A DNA stretch of 64,000 nucleotides from NCBI GenBank assembly GCA_964016885.1, contig OZ024742.1, positions 150,350,001 through 150,414,000 on the forward strand, read 5' to 3'. Below are positions 30,409 to 45,607 of this stretch, piece after piece (the stretch's first letter is position 1; each line of letters begins with the position of its first letter). This DNA comes from Eledone cirrhosa (lineage: Eukaryota). The notes under the pieces were generated by a model. The model was given only the letters and a program-made list of their open reading frames with translations. It had not been told where the DNA came from and did no database searches. The translations under genes and the position numbers were made by a program.

Positions 30409-30852
30409 CCTTGGATCTTGAGGGTGCAGAATCCTCAAGCACGCCTTCCAGTGGGTCTTCCTATCAGAAGCAACTGATCCAGCTGGATTCAATTGATCCG
30501 GCTGGATCCCCAAGCGAGACCATTTTGCTCAGAGTCTACCCCTAGGTCTCTTGCCGGTTAGTTTTGTCCGTAAAATCTGTCTAGCGATTCTTTTCCGAGA
30601 CATTCTAATCACATACCCGTTAGATATCGGAGGTGTGGTCTCCAAATTCGAAGAAATAGCGGCTATACCTGGAGCGATTCGCTGATCTCCGAGCTACATA
30701 TCGAGTAATGCTGATCTCCGAGCTACATATCGAGTAATGCTGATCTCCGAGCTACATATCGAGTAATGCTGATCTCCGAACTACATATCGAGTAATGCTG
30801 ATCTCCGAGCTACATATCGAGTAACGTTACTCGAAAGACCCTTCGGCGGAAC
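30409..30852 (-). mobile_element. 3' fragment of an RTE-clade (Rex3/Expander-like) LINE
   Basis: Minus strand gives decayed FRRRVFRVTLLD..SSEI.ESLQV.PL...RMS.KRIARQILRTKLTGKRPRGR...VASDRKT. Confidence 0.7.
30681..30825. repeat. Minisatellite, 5 x 29 bp (GCTGATCTCCGAGCTACATATCGAGTAAT)
   Basis: Units start at 30681, 30710, 30739, 30768 and 30797, with no spacers. Confidence 0.95.
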
Positions 30853-31534
30853 ATAGTTAATCAAATAATTAAATCAATAAGTTGATGTTTTAATTGACAT
30901 GAGCTCACTTTGAAATCGACATTCTCATTTTGAGTTGGCATGTGTTCAATTTGAAAGCATTATTCTCACTTTCAAGTGATATGTGCCCACTTAGAATAAC
31001 ACATGGTGTCTCTTCCGCGAACAAATTAACAATTTAAGCCAAATGAAAAGATTACTTGGCTCAAACTCGTGCAAATGATAGAACGCCAGTAAAGCAGCCA
31101 TTATTTAGATTATTTCATATATAATAACGGGTCTGTCAATCGTTGTCCGCTGAAGTGTCATGTTCACCCATCTCCGTGTTACCGAATGAATCGTTGTTCT
31201 GAAGTTGAATAATTTCCTAAAGCACTCTACAGAATATTAAATGAAATAAATTTCGATATCTTGTAAACATACTTATACATTTGACTATTTCATTCTTCAG
31301 TGCAGATAGGTACAAAATGATTTCTAGGATGAAACCGTGTATATTATTGACCTATCAATCATGCGTTTCCTATATTTATATCTGTCTATATATCTCTTTC
31401 TATGCATATATAGAAGAGAGAGAGAGAGTAATCTGTACCATCGCTTTATTAAAGTTGACCTGGGCCTAAATAAAAAGAATGTAATATGTGGAGGTCAACA
31501 TGTTGGGCCTGCACCGGTTTCGACGACGAGCGTC

Positions 31535-31635
31535 TCAACCCGCTCGTAAAATTAACGTGCAAGTGGTTGAGGACTCCACAGACATGTGCACTGTTAACGT
31601 AGTTCTCGGAGATTCAGCGTGACAATACGTGACAT
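31535..31635 (+). mobile_element. SINE body fragment (ATTAACGTGCAAGTGG...GAGATTCAGCGTGAC)
   Basis: A related decayed copy lies on the minus strand at about 56290-56387. Confidence 0.55.
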
Positions 31636-31804
31636 GAGCGACAAATACCAATTTTGCCACTGCGTGAAGTTGCATATTATCCACACACACATACATACAT
31701 ACATACATACATACATACATACATACATACACACATACATACATACACACATACATACATACACACATACATACATACATACATACATACATACATACAT
31801 ACAT

Positions 31805-31841
<37 letters not shown>

Positions 31842-31873
31842 TACATACATACATACATACATACATACATACA

Positions 31874-32372
31874 TGGTGGCTGCCAACTCGTTTTCGAGTA
31901 CGGCCACTACTTTATATCCATGTAGGAGAACCCCTACCGATGCGCTAAACAAGTGTGACTTTTTAGTCCAGCCAGCGACTTGAAAACTCTGGTACAAACA
32001 CTACACTTGTGACAATTATTGACACATAGTGCTGGGCCCATGGTACCATGTGACGACAAGTGCAGAGAGATCTCCAGATATAAAGCAATGCCTGTGCCGT
32101 GAAGCTTTTATAGTGAGCAAAGGCACTGCACAAAGCCAGTCCCACTCTCTTAACCAAGATGATATTTACCAAAAAGAAGAACAAGTCAACATCATTGGAT
32201 ACCATCAGGGTTGCAGGTGTTATATCAGAGTTTTCCTTCTCCTAGAATTCTGCCTTGACAAAGGCTAAGGGGTCATCTCTCCCGGCGATTTTGGATGGCC
32301 ATTGACTCTTAAGAGCTCCTTTGCCCTTTGACAGGTTTTGTTTTTAGTCCTGCAGGATGTCCAAAATCACCC
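31874..32372 (-). mobile_element. Non-autonomous bipartite RTE derivative (5'-truncated copy) with (TGTA)n tail
   Basis: Near-identical to 32524-33083 and 40211-40774; tail microsatellite at 31683-31873. Confidence 0.85.
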
Positions 32373-32523
32373 ACATACATACATACATACATACATACAT
32401 ACATACAAACATATATACATACATACATATATACATACATATATACATACATACATACATACATACATACATACATACATACAAACATATATACATACAT
32501 ACATATATACATACATACATACA

Positions 32524-33083
32524 TGGTGGCTGCCAACTCGTTTTCGAGTACGGCCACTACTTTATATCCATGTAGGAGAACCCCTACCGATGCGCTGAAC
32601 GAATGTGACTTTTTAGTCCAGCCAGCGACTTGAAAACTCTGGCACAAAGACTACACTTGTGACAATTATTGACACATAGTGTTTTACCCTTGGTACCATG
32701 TGATGACAAGTGCAGAGAGATCTCCAGATATAAAGCAATGCCTGTGCTGTGAAGCTTTTATAGTGAGCAAAGGCACTGCACAAAGCCAGTCCCACTCTCT
32801 TAACCAAGATGATATTTACCAAAAAGAAGAACAAGTCAACATCATTGGATACCATCAGGGTTGCAGGTGTTATATCAGAGTTTTCCTTCTCCTAGAATTC
32901 TGCCTTGACAAAAGCTAAGGGGTCATCTCTCCCGGTGATTTTGGATGGCTATTGAGTCTTAAGAGCTCCCTTGCCCTTTGACAGGTTTTGTTTTTAGTCC
33001 TGCAGGATGTCCAAAGTCACCCTCCTCACCAAGAAACCTTGGTGGGGTTGCCAGTTTAGTCGCCAACGACCCGACCATGAGAC
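32524..33083 (-). mobile_element. Non-autonomous bipartite RTE derivative
   Basis: Contains TCTAGGAGAAGGAAAACTCTGA (RTE 5' UTR-type motif) and a 3' CxxC...[10 protein letters not shown] remnant; (TGTA)n tail. Confidence 0.85.
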
Positions 33084-33124
33084 ATACATACATACATACA
33101 TACATACATACATACATACATACA

Positions 33125-34286
33125 TGATGGCTTGAAACTCTGCCAAGAGTATTGCAATCGCTTGTCAGATTTGGATATGGCTTTTCAAGCCTGCTAGAGA
33201 CTTGCACTCCTTCACACACTGACGACAACTATGGATTTCCCTGGCTTGAGGTTTTGCATCAGGTTGCCTGTGAACCCTCAAAACACCGTGGAGATCATAG
33301 TTCACTGGTTCTTTGAACATGGCTGCGACTGTGGCTCCTGAGACCAGATTTGCTCAAGCACATTTTTCCACACTCAGGGCACTTCAATTCAATGGAGACA
33401 ACGATCGTTTCGAGAGATACACCAGGGCATTGCTTACGCACATCCTGTTTGATCTTCTCGTGCTCTATGCGTCTGTCCTCAAATTATGGACCCCATCAAT
33501 CAACATTCCACTCCAAGTTTGTCTTTCAAGAGCTTCTATCTCCCAGTCAGCCATCATCAAACCAGTTTTTTTCAATGAGTCCTTTACACATTCCTTGAAT
33601 CGGAGGCTTGGCTTGTGAGGTGGTCTCTTACCCTCACAAAGCTCGCCATACAAGAGTTGTTTTGGGATTCGATCATCCTGCATTCTGAAGAGGTGTCCGG
33701 TTCATCGCAAACGCTGTTGGTGGATGATACTCTCAATGCTCCGACACTCACTTCTCTCAAGGACCTCAACATTATTCACATGCATCTGCCACTTGATACC
33801 GAGTATCTTTCTGAGACACTGCTGGTGAAACCGTCCCAGTCTGTGGCTATGCCGTTTGTAGGCAACCCATGTCTCACATGCATACAGCAAAGCTGACAGT
33901 ACACATGCAGCATACACTCTCACCTTGGTCCTCATTGTGATTCCTCGCCTGCACCAAAGACGGTCGTTGAGCCTTCCAAATGACTCACTGCCTTACTAAC
34001 ACTTAGACCAAATTCTGCATCCAGAGAGCAGGCTACACTCAGAGTACTCCCCAAATACACAAATGTGTCAGCAGCCTTCAGCTTTTGACCGTATACGGAG
34101 GGTTCATTGAAAACTTTATCCAGAGCAGGTTGGTACGTGACGAGAGTTTCTTCGCCTTACACGCGACCAATCCCACTCTCTGAGCATCGAAAACACTACA
34201 AGAAAAGGAGAACTGGTCAACATCATCGGATCCTTCCGAGGCCGCAGTCTTTTTTTCAGAGTTTCCCTCTCCTAGAAAGGTGTTGA
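33125..34286 (-). mobile_element. Internally deleted RTE (BovB-like) LINE: 5' UTR piece fused to the 3' part of the ORF
   Basis: FVYLGS...TKVRVYAACVLSALLYACETW...FHQQCLRKILGIKW...RMQDDRIPKQLLYGEL...[10 protein letters not shown]; 34105-34286 carries TCTAGGAGAGGGAAACTCTGA; (TGTA)n tail. Confidence 0.88.
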
Positions 34287-34466
34287 AAGGAATATGTAAA
34301 AAACCATGGGTCCGAACAATCAGAGACGGAGACAAAGAGGACGACTGACCAACTAGCTGCCTTCACCTCGGCCAGTCGCCCTCAAAGTGATGGCAACTGA
34401 ATCTATTAATGACCATCTGACTTTTCGGACCCATGGTTTTTTTACATATTCCTTTGTTATATTCCA

Positions 34467-34524
34467 ATACCTGATGATATCACCGGATTCATATGGAACC
34501 CGGTCATTGAAATGATCATAGTAT
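34467..34524 (+). ncRNA. Type I hammerhead ribozyme
   Basis: ATAC-CTGATGA-tatc-ACCGG...CCGGT-catt-GAAA-TGATCA-TA-GTAT; palindromic stem III ATGATCAT; a 30-bp inverted piece (about 34287-34316 versus 34425-34454) lies upstream. Confidence 0.75.
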
Positions 34525-35217
34525 AATAAACCTTTCAAGGATTTACACCAGTCCAGCCTCCTGTTATTTTATTTATAATTAACTCCGTATTTGCACCACC
34601 AACTACACAAACGAAGACGGGTGAACTGCACTACGTTGAGTACTCTCCACAATATTACACCAAGATTGACAATACAGAATGACCAACTCTACAATGAATA
34701 CAAGAAACGTCCCCATTCGTTCGTCAGACAAGGCAATTTAAAACAGTGAAATATTTGAAAAATCTCCTCAAGAAAGGCAAAAGTTTAACGAGCAAAAAAA
34801 ATATATATAAATAAAAGTAATGCAAGAGATATATAAAAATAAAATAAGGAAATATAGTAAGGGTATGTGTATAAATGTGTGTATATGCACCTATAAATGT
34901 ACATATGTGTGTATGTACAAATGCATGTGTAGAGTGAAAAAATGTGTGCGTAAGTGAATACATGAGGGCAAGCATATCAGTGTATGTGTGACCACAAATA
35001 CGTATATAATAAATGTTGAAAAAAGAAATTGTAAGATAATAGAGTTAACGTACATACAGACTCAAGGACTAAGGATTGAAATATATACACATTCAAGTAT
35101 GAAAGCGCGCGTATAAACACACACACACGCGCAACCACATATATGCAAGTGATATATACAGGGATGGGAGTGTATCAGTCAAAGCAGTGTCAGGCTGAAG
35201 GTCGATAAATATATAAA

Positions 35218-35473
35218 ATATACATATATATATACATATATATACATACATACATATATATATATTTATACATATATACATATATACATACATACATACA
35301 TACATATATATATATATACATATATACATATATACATACATACATACATATATATACATACATACATATATACATATATACATATATACATACATATATA
35401 CATATATACATATACATATATACATATACATATATACATACATATATATACATATATACATACATATATATAC

Positions 35474-35544
<71 letters not shown>

Positions 35545-35548
35545 CATA

Positions 35549-35580
<32 letters not shown>

Positions 35581-35948
35581 CATATACATACATACATATA
35601 TATATATATATACATACATACATACATATACATATATATACATACATACATATATATACATATATATATACATACATACATACATACATACATACACATA
35701 CATACATATATATATACATACATACATACACATACATACATATATATATACATACATACACATACATACATATATATATACATACATACATACACATACA
35801 TACATATATATATACATACATACATACACATACATATATATATACATACATACATACACATACATATATATATACATACATACATACATTCATACATATA
35901 TATATACATACATACATACATACATACATACATACATACATACATACA

Positions 35949-35982
<34 letters not shown>

Positions 35983-35984
35983 CA
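35218..35984. repeat. (TACA)n/(TA)n compound microsatellite
   Basis: Direct reading. Confidence 0.97.
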
Positions 35985-36555
35985 TGGTGGCTGCAAACTC
36001 GTTTTCGAGTACGGCCACTACTTCATATCCATTTAGGAGAACCCCTACTGATGCGCTGAAAGAGTGTGACTTTTTAGTCCAGCCAGCGACTTGAAAACTC
36101 TGGTACAAACACTGCACTTGTGACAATTATTGACACATAGTGCCAGGCCCATGGTACCATGTGACGACAAGTGCAGAGGGATCTCCAGATATAAAGCAAT
36201 GCCTGTGCCGTGAAGCTTTTATAGTGAGCAAAGGCACTGCACAAAGCCAGTTCCACTCTCTTAACTAAGATGATATTTACCAAAAAGAAAAACAAGTCAA
36301 CATCATTGGATACCATCAGGGTTGCAGGTGTTATATCAGAGTTTTCCTTCTCCTAGAACTCTGCCTTGACAAAGGCTAAGGGGTCATATCTCTCCCGGTG
36401 ATTTTGTATCCCGGTACAACCTGTCTCATGGTCGGGTCATTGGCGACTAAAGTGGCAAACCCCACCAAGGTTTCTTGGTGAGGAGGGTGACTTTGGATAT
36501 CCTGCAGGACTAAAAACAAAACCTGTCAAAGGGAAAAGGAGCTCTTAAGAGTCAA
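35985..36555 (-). mobile_element. Non-autonomous bipartite RTE derivative with inverted 5' segment (about 36408-36555)
   Basis: 35985-36406 is colinear with the other copies; the remainder reads in the opposite orientation. Confidence 0.85.
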
Positions 36556-36608
36556 TATATATACATATATACATACATACATACATATATATATATAGAT
36601 ATATATAT

Positions 36609-36705
<97 letters not shown>

Positions 36706-36736
36706 TACATACATAAATATATATATATATAGATAT

Positions 36737-36767
<31 letters not shown>

Positions 36768-36774
36768 AATATAT

Positions 36775-37622
36775 TATTTCAATTCCATTTCGATTCTCTT
36801 TATTTTTCAATTCATGTACCATCGTTGCGAAACATATTTGCGTTTCGAAGTTCAAATTCATCTACGGAGCGGGTTTGGATTTTGAAATTTAAATTTGTCT
36901 CGATATAAGTCAATAAAGACAAGCTTATATTGGCAAAAGCCGTGATTCCTGGACAGACAAATTGTATTCATTTTAATTAGTTTATTTCATGTTAGCTAAC
37001 TTTGTCTGTTACAATACAAACACGTTTTGTGTTTATCATATATTTTAATATATAACTTGTATTTCACTGCTCAGAAATGCCTCTTTCTTTGAGCTGATTA
37101 ATTGTAAACGACTGAGTTTAATCTCTAAATATAATATAGTATATTGCTCCTTAACTGTAGAGCTGATCTTTAATCCCGTATAAACGGCTGTTATTTCTAG
37201 CACCGGGAATACGGGATGGCTAGTTTAGCTGGCTACACCACGTGTAATCAGACCTGCAAAATTTTTGAAGGTGGAATGTACTAATTTTACTGGATTCCTG
37301 TTGATAAGCACAGAAGATTTGGATATTTCACTTTTTATTTCAATTCCATTTCGATTCTCTTTATTTTTCAATTCATGTACCATCGTTGCGAAACATATTT
37401 GGGTTTCGAAGTTCAAATTCATCTACGGAGCGGGTTTGGATTTTGAAATTTAAATTTGTCCAGGAATCACGGCTTTTGCCAATATAAGCTTGTCTTTATT
37501 GACTTATATCGAGACAGACAAATTGTATTCACATTAATTAGTTTATTTCATGCTAGCTAACTTTGTCTGTTACAATACAAACACGTTTTGTGTTTATCAT
37601 ATATTTTAATATATAACTTGTA
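36775..37622 (+). mobile_element. Non-coding hammerhead-bearing unit with 561-bp period (about 1.5 copies)
   Basis: 36775-37062 is repeated at 37336-37622, except for a 52-bp inversion. Confidence 0.82.
37293..37468 (+). ncRNA. Large type I hammerhead ribozyme, U3-A8 variant, with extended stems II and III
   Basis: GATTCCTG-TTGATAA-GCA...TGC-GAAAC-[GU-rich stem III of about 28 bp]-GTC-CAGGAATC. Confidence 0.8.
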
Positions 37623-37950
37623 TATATACATATATACATACATATATATATATATACATATATATATATATTAGAATTGTTGCTCTGAAATAGCTATATA
37701 TATATATATGAATGTATATATAGTGTATTTTGCAATACACTGTATGCTTAATAAAAAGCATTTTGAAGACCTTAAGCTATTGTTTTAGAGTAGTGACAGA
37801 CTCACTTACTTTAATTTCAGCAAACAATTCTAATTTTTAATTTCTGCTTGACCGGCAACCGCTCTGTATAATCAGTGCCTGATTATTTACTAGAATTCTA
37901 TAAGAACCAAAACGTCCAGGTTCACAGCAAACGGAACGGAAGGAGTAGTT

Positions 37951-37995
37951 AGCTTTGATAAGCATCAATAAATGCAGAAGCAGGCCTTGTCAGCT
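37951..37995 (+). ncRNA. Hammerhead motif, U3-A8 variant (partly degenerate)
   Basis: AGCT-TTGATAA-GCAT-caataa-ATGC-a-GAAGC-AGGCCTT-GTC-AGCT. Confidence 0.55.
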
Positions 37996-38268
37996 TTATC
38001 CCCCCTGTTTGCTGAAATTAAAGTAAGTGAGTCTGTCACTACTCTAAAACAATAGCTTAAGATCTTCAAAATGCTTTTTATTAAGCATACATGTATTGCA
38101 AAATACACTATATATACATTCATATATATATAGCTATTTCAGAGCAACAATTTTAATTTTTAATTTCTGCTTGACCGGCAACCGCTCTGTATAATCAGTT
38201 CCTGATTATTTACTAGAATTCTATAAGAACCAAAACCTCCAAGTTCTCAGCAAACGGGAGGAGTAGTT

Positions 38269-38314
38269 GGCTTTGATAAGCATCAATAAATGCAGAAACA
38301 AGGCCTTGTCAACT
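38269..38314 (+). ncRNA. Hammerhead motif, U3-A8 variant
   Basis: TTGATAA-GCAT/ATGC-a-GAAAC-AAGGCCTT-GTC; palindromic stem III ACAAGGCCTTGT; stem I imperfect. Confidence 0.6.
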
Positions 38315-38444
38315 TTATCTCCACCTGTTTGCTGAAATTAAAGTAAGTGAGTCTGTCACTACTCTAAAACAATAGCTTAAGGTCTTCAAAATGCTTTTTT
38401 ATTAAGCATACACTGTATTGAAAAATACACTATATATACATTCG

Positions 38445-40210
<1,766 letters not shown>

Positions 40211-40774
40211 TCCCAGTACAACCTGTTTCATGGTCGGTTCGTTGGCGACTAAACTGGCAACCCCACCAAGGTTTCTTGGTGAGGAGGGTGACTTTGGACA
40301 TCCTGCAGGACTAAAAACAAAACCTGTCAAAGGGCAAAGGAGCTCTTAAGAGTCAATGGCTATCCAAAATCACCAGGAGAGATGACCCCTTAGCCTTTGT
40401 CAAGGCAGAATTCTAGGAGAAGGAAAACTCTGATATAACACCTGCAAGTCTGATGGTACCCAATGATGTTGACTTGTTCTTCTTTTTGGTAAATATCATC
40501 TTGGTTAAGAGAGTGGGACTGGCTTTGTGCAGTGCCTTTGCTCACTATAAAAGCTTCACGGCACAGGCATTGCTTTATATCTGGAGATCTCTCTGCACTT
40601 GTCGTCACATGGTACCATGGGCCCAGCACTGTGTCAATAATTGTCACAAGTGTAGTGTTTGTACTAGAGTTTTCAAGTCGCTGGCTGGACTAAAAAGTCT
40701 TCAGCCCATCGGTAGGGGTTCTCCTACATGGATGTAAAGTAGTGGCCGTACTCGAAAACGAGTTGGCAGCCAAC
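40211..40774 (+). mobile_element. Non-autonomous bipartite RTE derivative (most complete copy)
   Basis: Starts TCCCAGTACAACCTG, ends ACTCGAAAACGAGTTGGCAGCCAAC; followed by a TA/TATG array; a 3' fragment of another copy faces it at 41744-41843 (-). Confidence 0.87.
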
Positions 40775-41743
<969 letters not shown>

Positions 41744-41843
41744 TGGTGGCTGCCAACTCGTTTTCGAGTACGGCCACTACTTTATATCCATGTAGGAGAA
41801 CGCCTACCGATGCGCTGATAAGTGTGACTTTTTAGTCCAGCCA

Positions 41844-42955
41844 GTAGGCTAGTTCGCCTCTAGGGGTTGTATTGATACAACCCCTAGAGGCGAACTAGCC
41901 TACAAATTTAGAAGGGCCCTAAAGAAACATAATCTCAATATTAAGATAGTAGAAAGACCTGGTACCTCCGTAAAAACACTTATTAGCAAGACATACCCGT
42001 TCCAAAGACCCTCATGTATAGATAAGAAATGTATAACCTGTAAAATAAGCCCCCATATTAACTGTAAAACTAGAAATGTAGTATATAGCATAAGATGTAC
42101 TGAGGGACAATGTAGAAACAAAAATATAGTGTACATAGGTGAGACAGCTCGTAGTATAGGGGAACGAATAAATGAACACTGGCGAGACCTCCAAGATAGT
42201 AAAGAATCATCTGTGCTCTACCAACATGCTAAGATAGAACACAGGGGTAAATTAGAGAGCATAGAAATAAAAATAGAATCCACACACAAGAAAGACGCAA
42301 TGTTTAGGCAAATTACAGAGGCAGTAAGCATAAAAGAATTAAAACCAAAATTAAATAGAAAATATGAGTGGAACAGCAACATCACAACTTACAATTAAGG
42401 ACAAAATGAAAACACACACACACATATATAAACAACTTACAATTGAAAACACACACAAAATGAAAACACACACAAGACAAAATGAAAACACACACACACA
42501 TAGAACAAACAACCAACCAACAATAAATAAATAAATAAACAAACAAATATAAATAGAAAAATAGAAAAATGAACACAAACACACACAGACACCCGGATGT
42601 GGCGCATGCGCAAACTGAGCACGCAACCCACACACAAACAAAATGGCGTAGGATAGAAGAAAGGAAAGGCACAGAAACGAAGAAAGAAATCCCCAGTCAC
42701 TGAAGAGGTCACAGAGTGTGTGACGAAAGAACTATGACTATATATATATAAACAACTATCTGGTTGTGGAACCAACCAACCAACCAGAAATTTATAAATT
42801 TGTAAATTTATAAATATATATTAAATTAAATTGAAGTGAAAGCAACTGGTGCGTGTGTTTCTTATTGGCAACATGACCCTCCCAAAGTATAACAATATCG
42901 GTTTCAACACACGATTTCAGATAAAGAATCTTGCTAAACAAATTCAGAAACGAAA
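41844..42955 (+). mobile_element. 5'-truncated Penelope-like element with terminal hairpin, open GIY-YIG frame (41874-42398) and pseudo-LTR
   Basis: DTTPRGELA...KIVERPG...C-x4-C-x2-C...VVY...YIGETARSIGERINEH...SVLYQH...RQITEA...LNRKYEW; 29-bp perfect inverted arms at 41844-41903. Confidence 0.92.
42695..42739 (+). ncRNA. Minimal type I hammerhead ribozyme
   Basis: Same sequence as 15391-15435. Confidence 0.8.
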
Positions 42956-42964
42956 TATATATAC

Positions 42965-42995
<31 letters not shown>

Positions 42996-43000
42996 CATAC

Positions 43001-43049
<49 letters not shown>

Positions 43050-43128
43050 CATACATATATATATATATATACATATATATATACATACATATATATATAC
43101 ATACATATATATATACATACATATATAT

Positions 43129-43167
<39 letters not shown>

Positions 43168-43448
43168 CATACACATATATATATATACATACATATATAT
43201 ATATACATATATATATATATACATATATATATTCGAATATATATATACATATATATACCTCTGTAGTATTGGGGATCAATTTTTTCTTTATATCTCTTTC
43301 CCACCTCTATTCTCTCACTCTCTCTATCCTCTAGAAGAAATCTGCTGTATTCCGACCTGGAGAGACACGGGGTCTGTCAGCTTGAATATTGCCCAATAAA
43401 CGATGTCAATACTGCACCTCAACGACTCCCTCGGGAGTTACGGGAGCA

Positions 43449-43479
<31 letters not shown>

Positions 43480-43487
43480 CTATATCT

Positions 43488-43524
43488 ATCTGATGAAGGA
43501 CTAGCGTCCGAAACGTTAAGACCC
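43488..43524 (+). ncRNA. Minimal hammerhead motif, stem I truncated by microsatellite
   Basis: CTGATGA-A-GGAC-tagc-GTCC-GAAAC-GTTA-AGAC; palindromic AACGTT stem III. Confidence 0.65.
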
Positions 43525-43608
43525 TCTTCCTGCTATATCAAGCGTTAACCTAATATATACCTTCCATATACTGTACCGATTGTGTTGTTATTTCTGTTTA
43601 CCTTTTAC

Positions 43609-43838
<230 letters not shown>

Positions 43839-44116
43839 GTGCAGCAAGAATAATCCTTATCCTTAAACCGGCATGTGTATCAAAAGTACACATGCATCGA
43901 TTTCCTGCAATATTAACTACACAAAATTGACATCTGCAATCTACGCTAACAACAGAGATACACAACGACACCCATATTAAACCTGCAGCGACATCAGGTA
44001 TCTAGAGTACTGCTTACGCACAATTTTCCTTCTCGTCTTGTGCGCTTATTTATTTATATATATATAATTATTATTTATATAATTATTTATATAATTTATT
44101 ATTTATATAATCCACC

Positions 44117-44432
44117 AGGCGGTGGATTGGCAGTATTGGTAGAGGGTCGGACGCCATGCTTTGACGCATAGAGTTACGGCCCTTGCCATTCTGAGTTCAA
44201 ATCCCGCTGAAGTTAACTTTGCCTTTCATCCTTATGGTGTAGATAAAATAAAGTACCAGTAATGCTCTGGGATAATTGCTGGCCTTGTGCCAAAAGTAGC
44301 AACAATTATTTATTTATATATTATAATCCCGCCGAGGTTAACTTTGCCTTTCATCCTTACGGGGTCGATAAAATAAAGTACCAGTAATGTACATGGGTAA
44401 TTGCTGGCCTTGTGCCAATAGTAGAAACAATT
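44117..44432 (+). mobile_element. tRNA-derived SINE family A: full copy plus 3' partial duplicate (another partial at 44788-44894)
   Basis: A box-like TGGCAGTATTGG, B box-like GAGTTCAAATCC, body TTGCCTTTCATCC...GATAAAATAAAGTACCAG, (ATT)n tail. Confidence 0.85.
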
Positions 44433-44942
44433 ATTATTATTAATATTATTATAATTTAACAGTCTGTTAGTTTCGTATCCGGATAGTTGTTTAGTTGTTG
44501 ATTGTTAAAGCTCTTTCTCCACACATTGATAGACTTTAGCTTTTACCGTTTATGTAAGTGTACACATATATAATTTAATCAAACGGCTAAGCGTTTAACA
44601 TCCCGGCAACAAATGAGGAAATAAACTTGTTTTATTTAATTTGGTTGAAATTTATTTATTTGGGGGCGTGGTTATGGTTTGATTGACAAGTGGATGAGCC
44701 CCAGGAGAGAGGTTTGTGATGAGACCGCTAAATAAAGAAAAATAGAGGTAGCCAAAAGTAGCAACAATTATTTATTTATATATTATAATCCCGCCGAGGT
44801 TAAATTTGCCTTTCATCCTTATGGGGTCGATAAAATAAAGCACCAGTAATGCACTAGGGTAATTGCAGACCTTGTACTAAAAGTAAAAACAATTATTTAT
44901 TTATATATATGTGAGTTGCGCTTATATAGTTGCAAATATGAC

Positions 44943-45000
<58 letters not shown>

Positions 45001-45002
<2 letters not shown>

Positions 45003-45131
45003 TAGGTCCCGGGTTGAATCGGGGATAACCACAGTAAGAAAGGTACTCAATACATGGCAGAGTAAAATATATTTATTGTATAGAAGAAGCTTCTACAGGA
45101 CTAGTACTGTTTCATTCAGATGAAATCTTCA
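45001..45131 (-). mobile_element. PLE terminal fragment with 5'-truncated hammerhead (45095-45131)
   Basis: Minus strand TGAAGA-t-TTC-atct-GAA-t-GAAAC-AGTACT-a-GTC followed by an ACTCTGCCATGTATTGAGTAC motif. Confidence 0.6.
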
Positions 45132-45386
45132 TATAAATATAAGTATGTATACGTACAGACGTACAGTAGTATGTATATATATATACATACATGCACACAT
45201 ATATATATGTACGTATGGATTCACCGAACATTTATTATAATGCTCGGTGTGTTTGTAAACAAACATCACGAATTAAGCCGTACAGTGTCTAGCAACCATC
45301 TTGCTCATTTGTTCAACACTGTACATACTTATATTTAAGTAACAGCCGTACTAAGAGTGAGAAATGAAATTTCGTTTCATTTTTCC

Positions 45387-45424
<38 letters not shown>

Positions 45425-45426
<2 letters not shown>

Positions 45427-45529
45427 TGATGAAGGGCTAAAACCCAATACGTTGAACTCTTTTCTCTACATTTCATCTAAGCGTAAACCTAATAAGATTA
45501 ATTGTTTGTATCTCTCTTTGTGTTTACCT

Positions 45530-45607
<78 letters not shown>

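Noticed and set aside
30681-30825. CRISPR-like 29-bp repeats (also the 37-bp repeats at 46827)
   Set aside because: Head-to-tail with no unique spacers, in a eukaryotic context with no cas genes.
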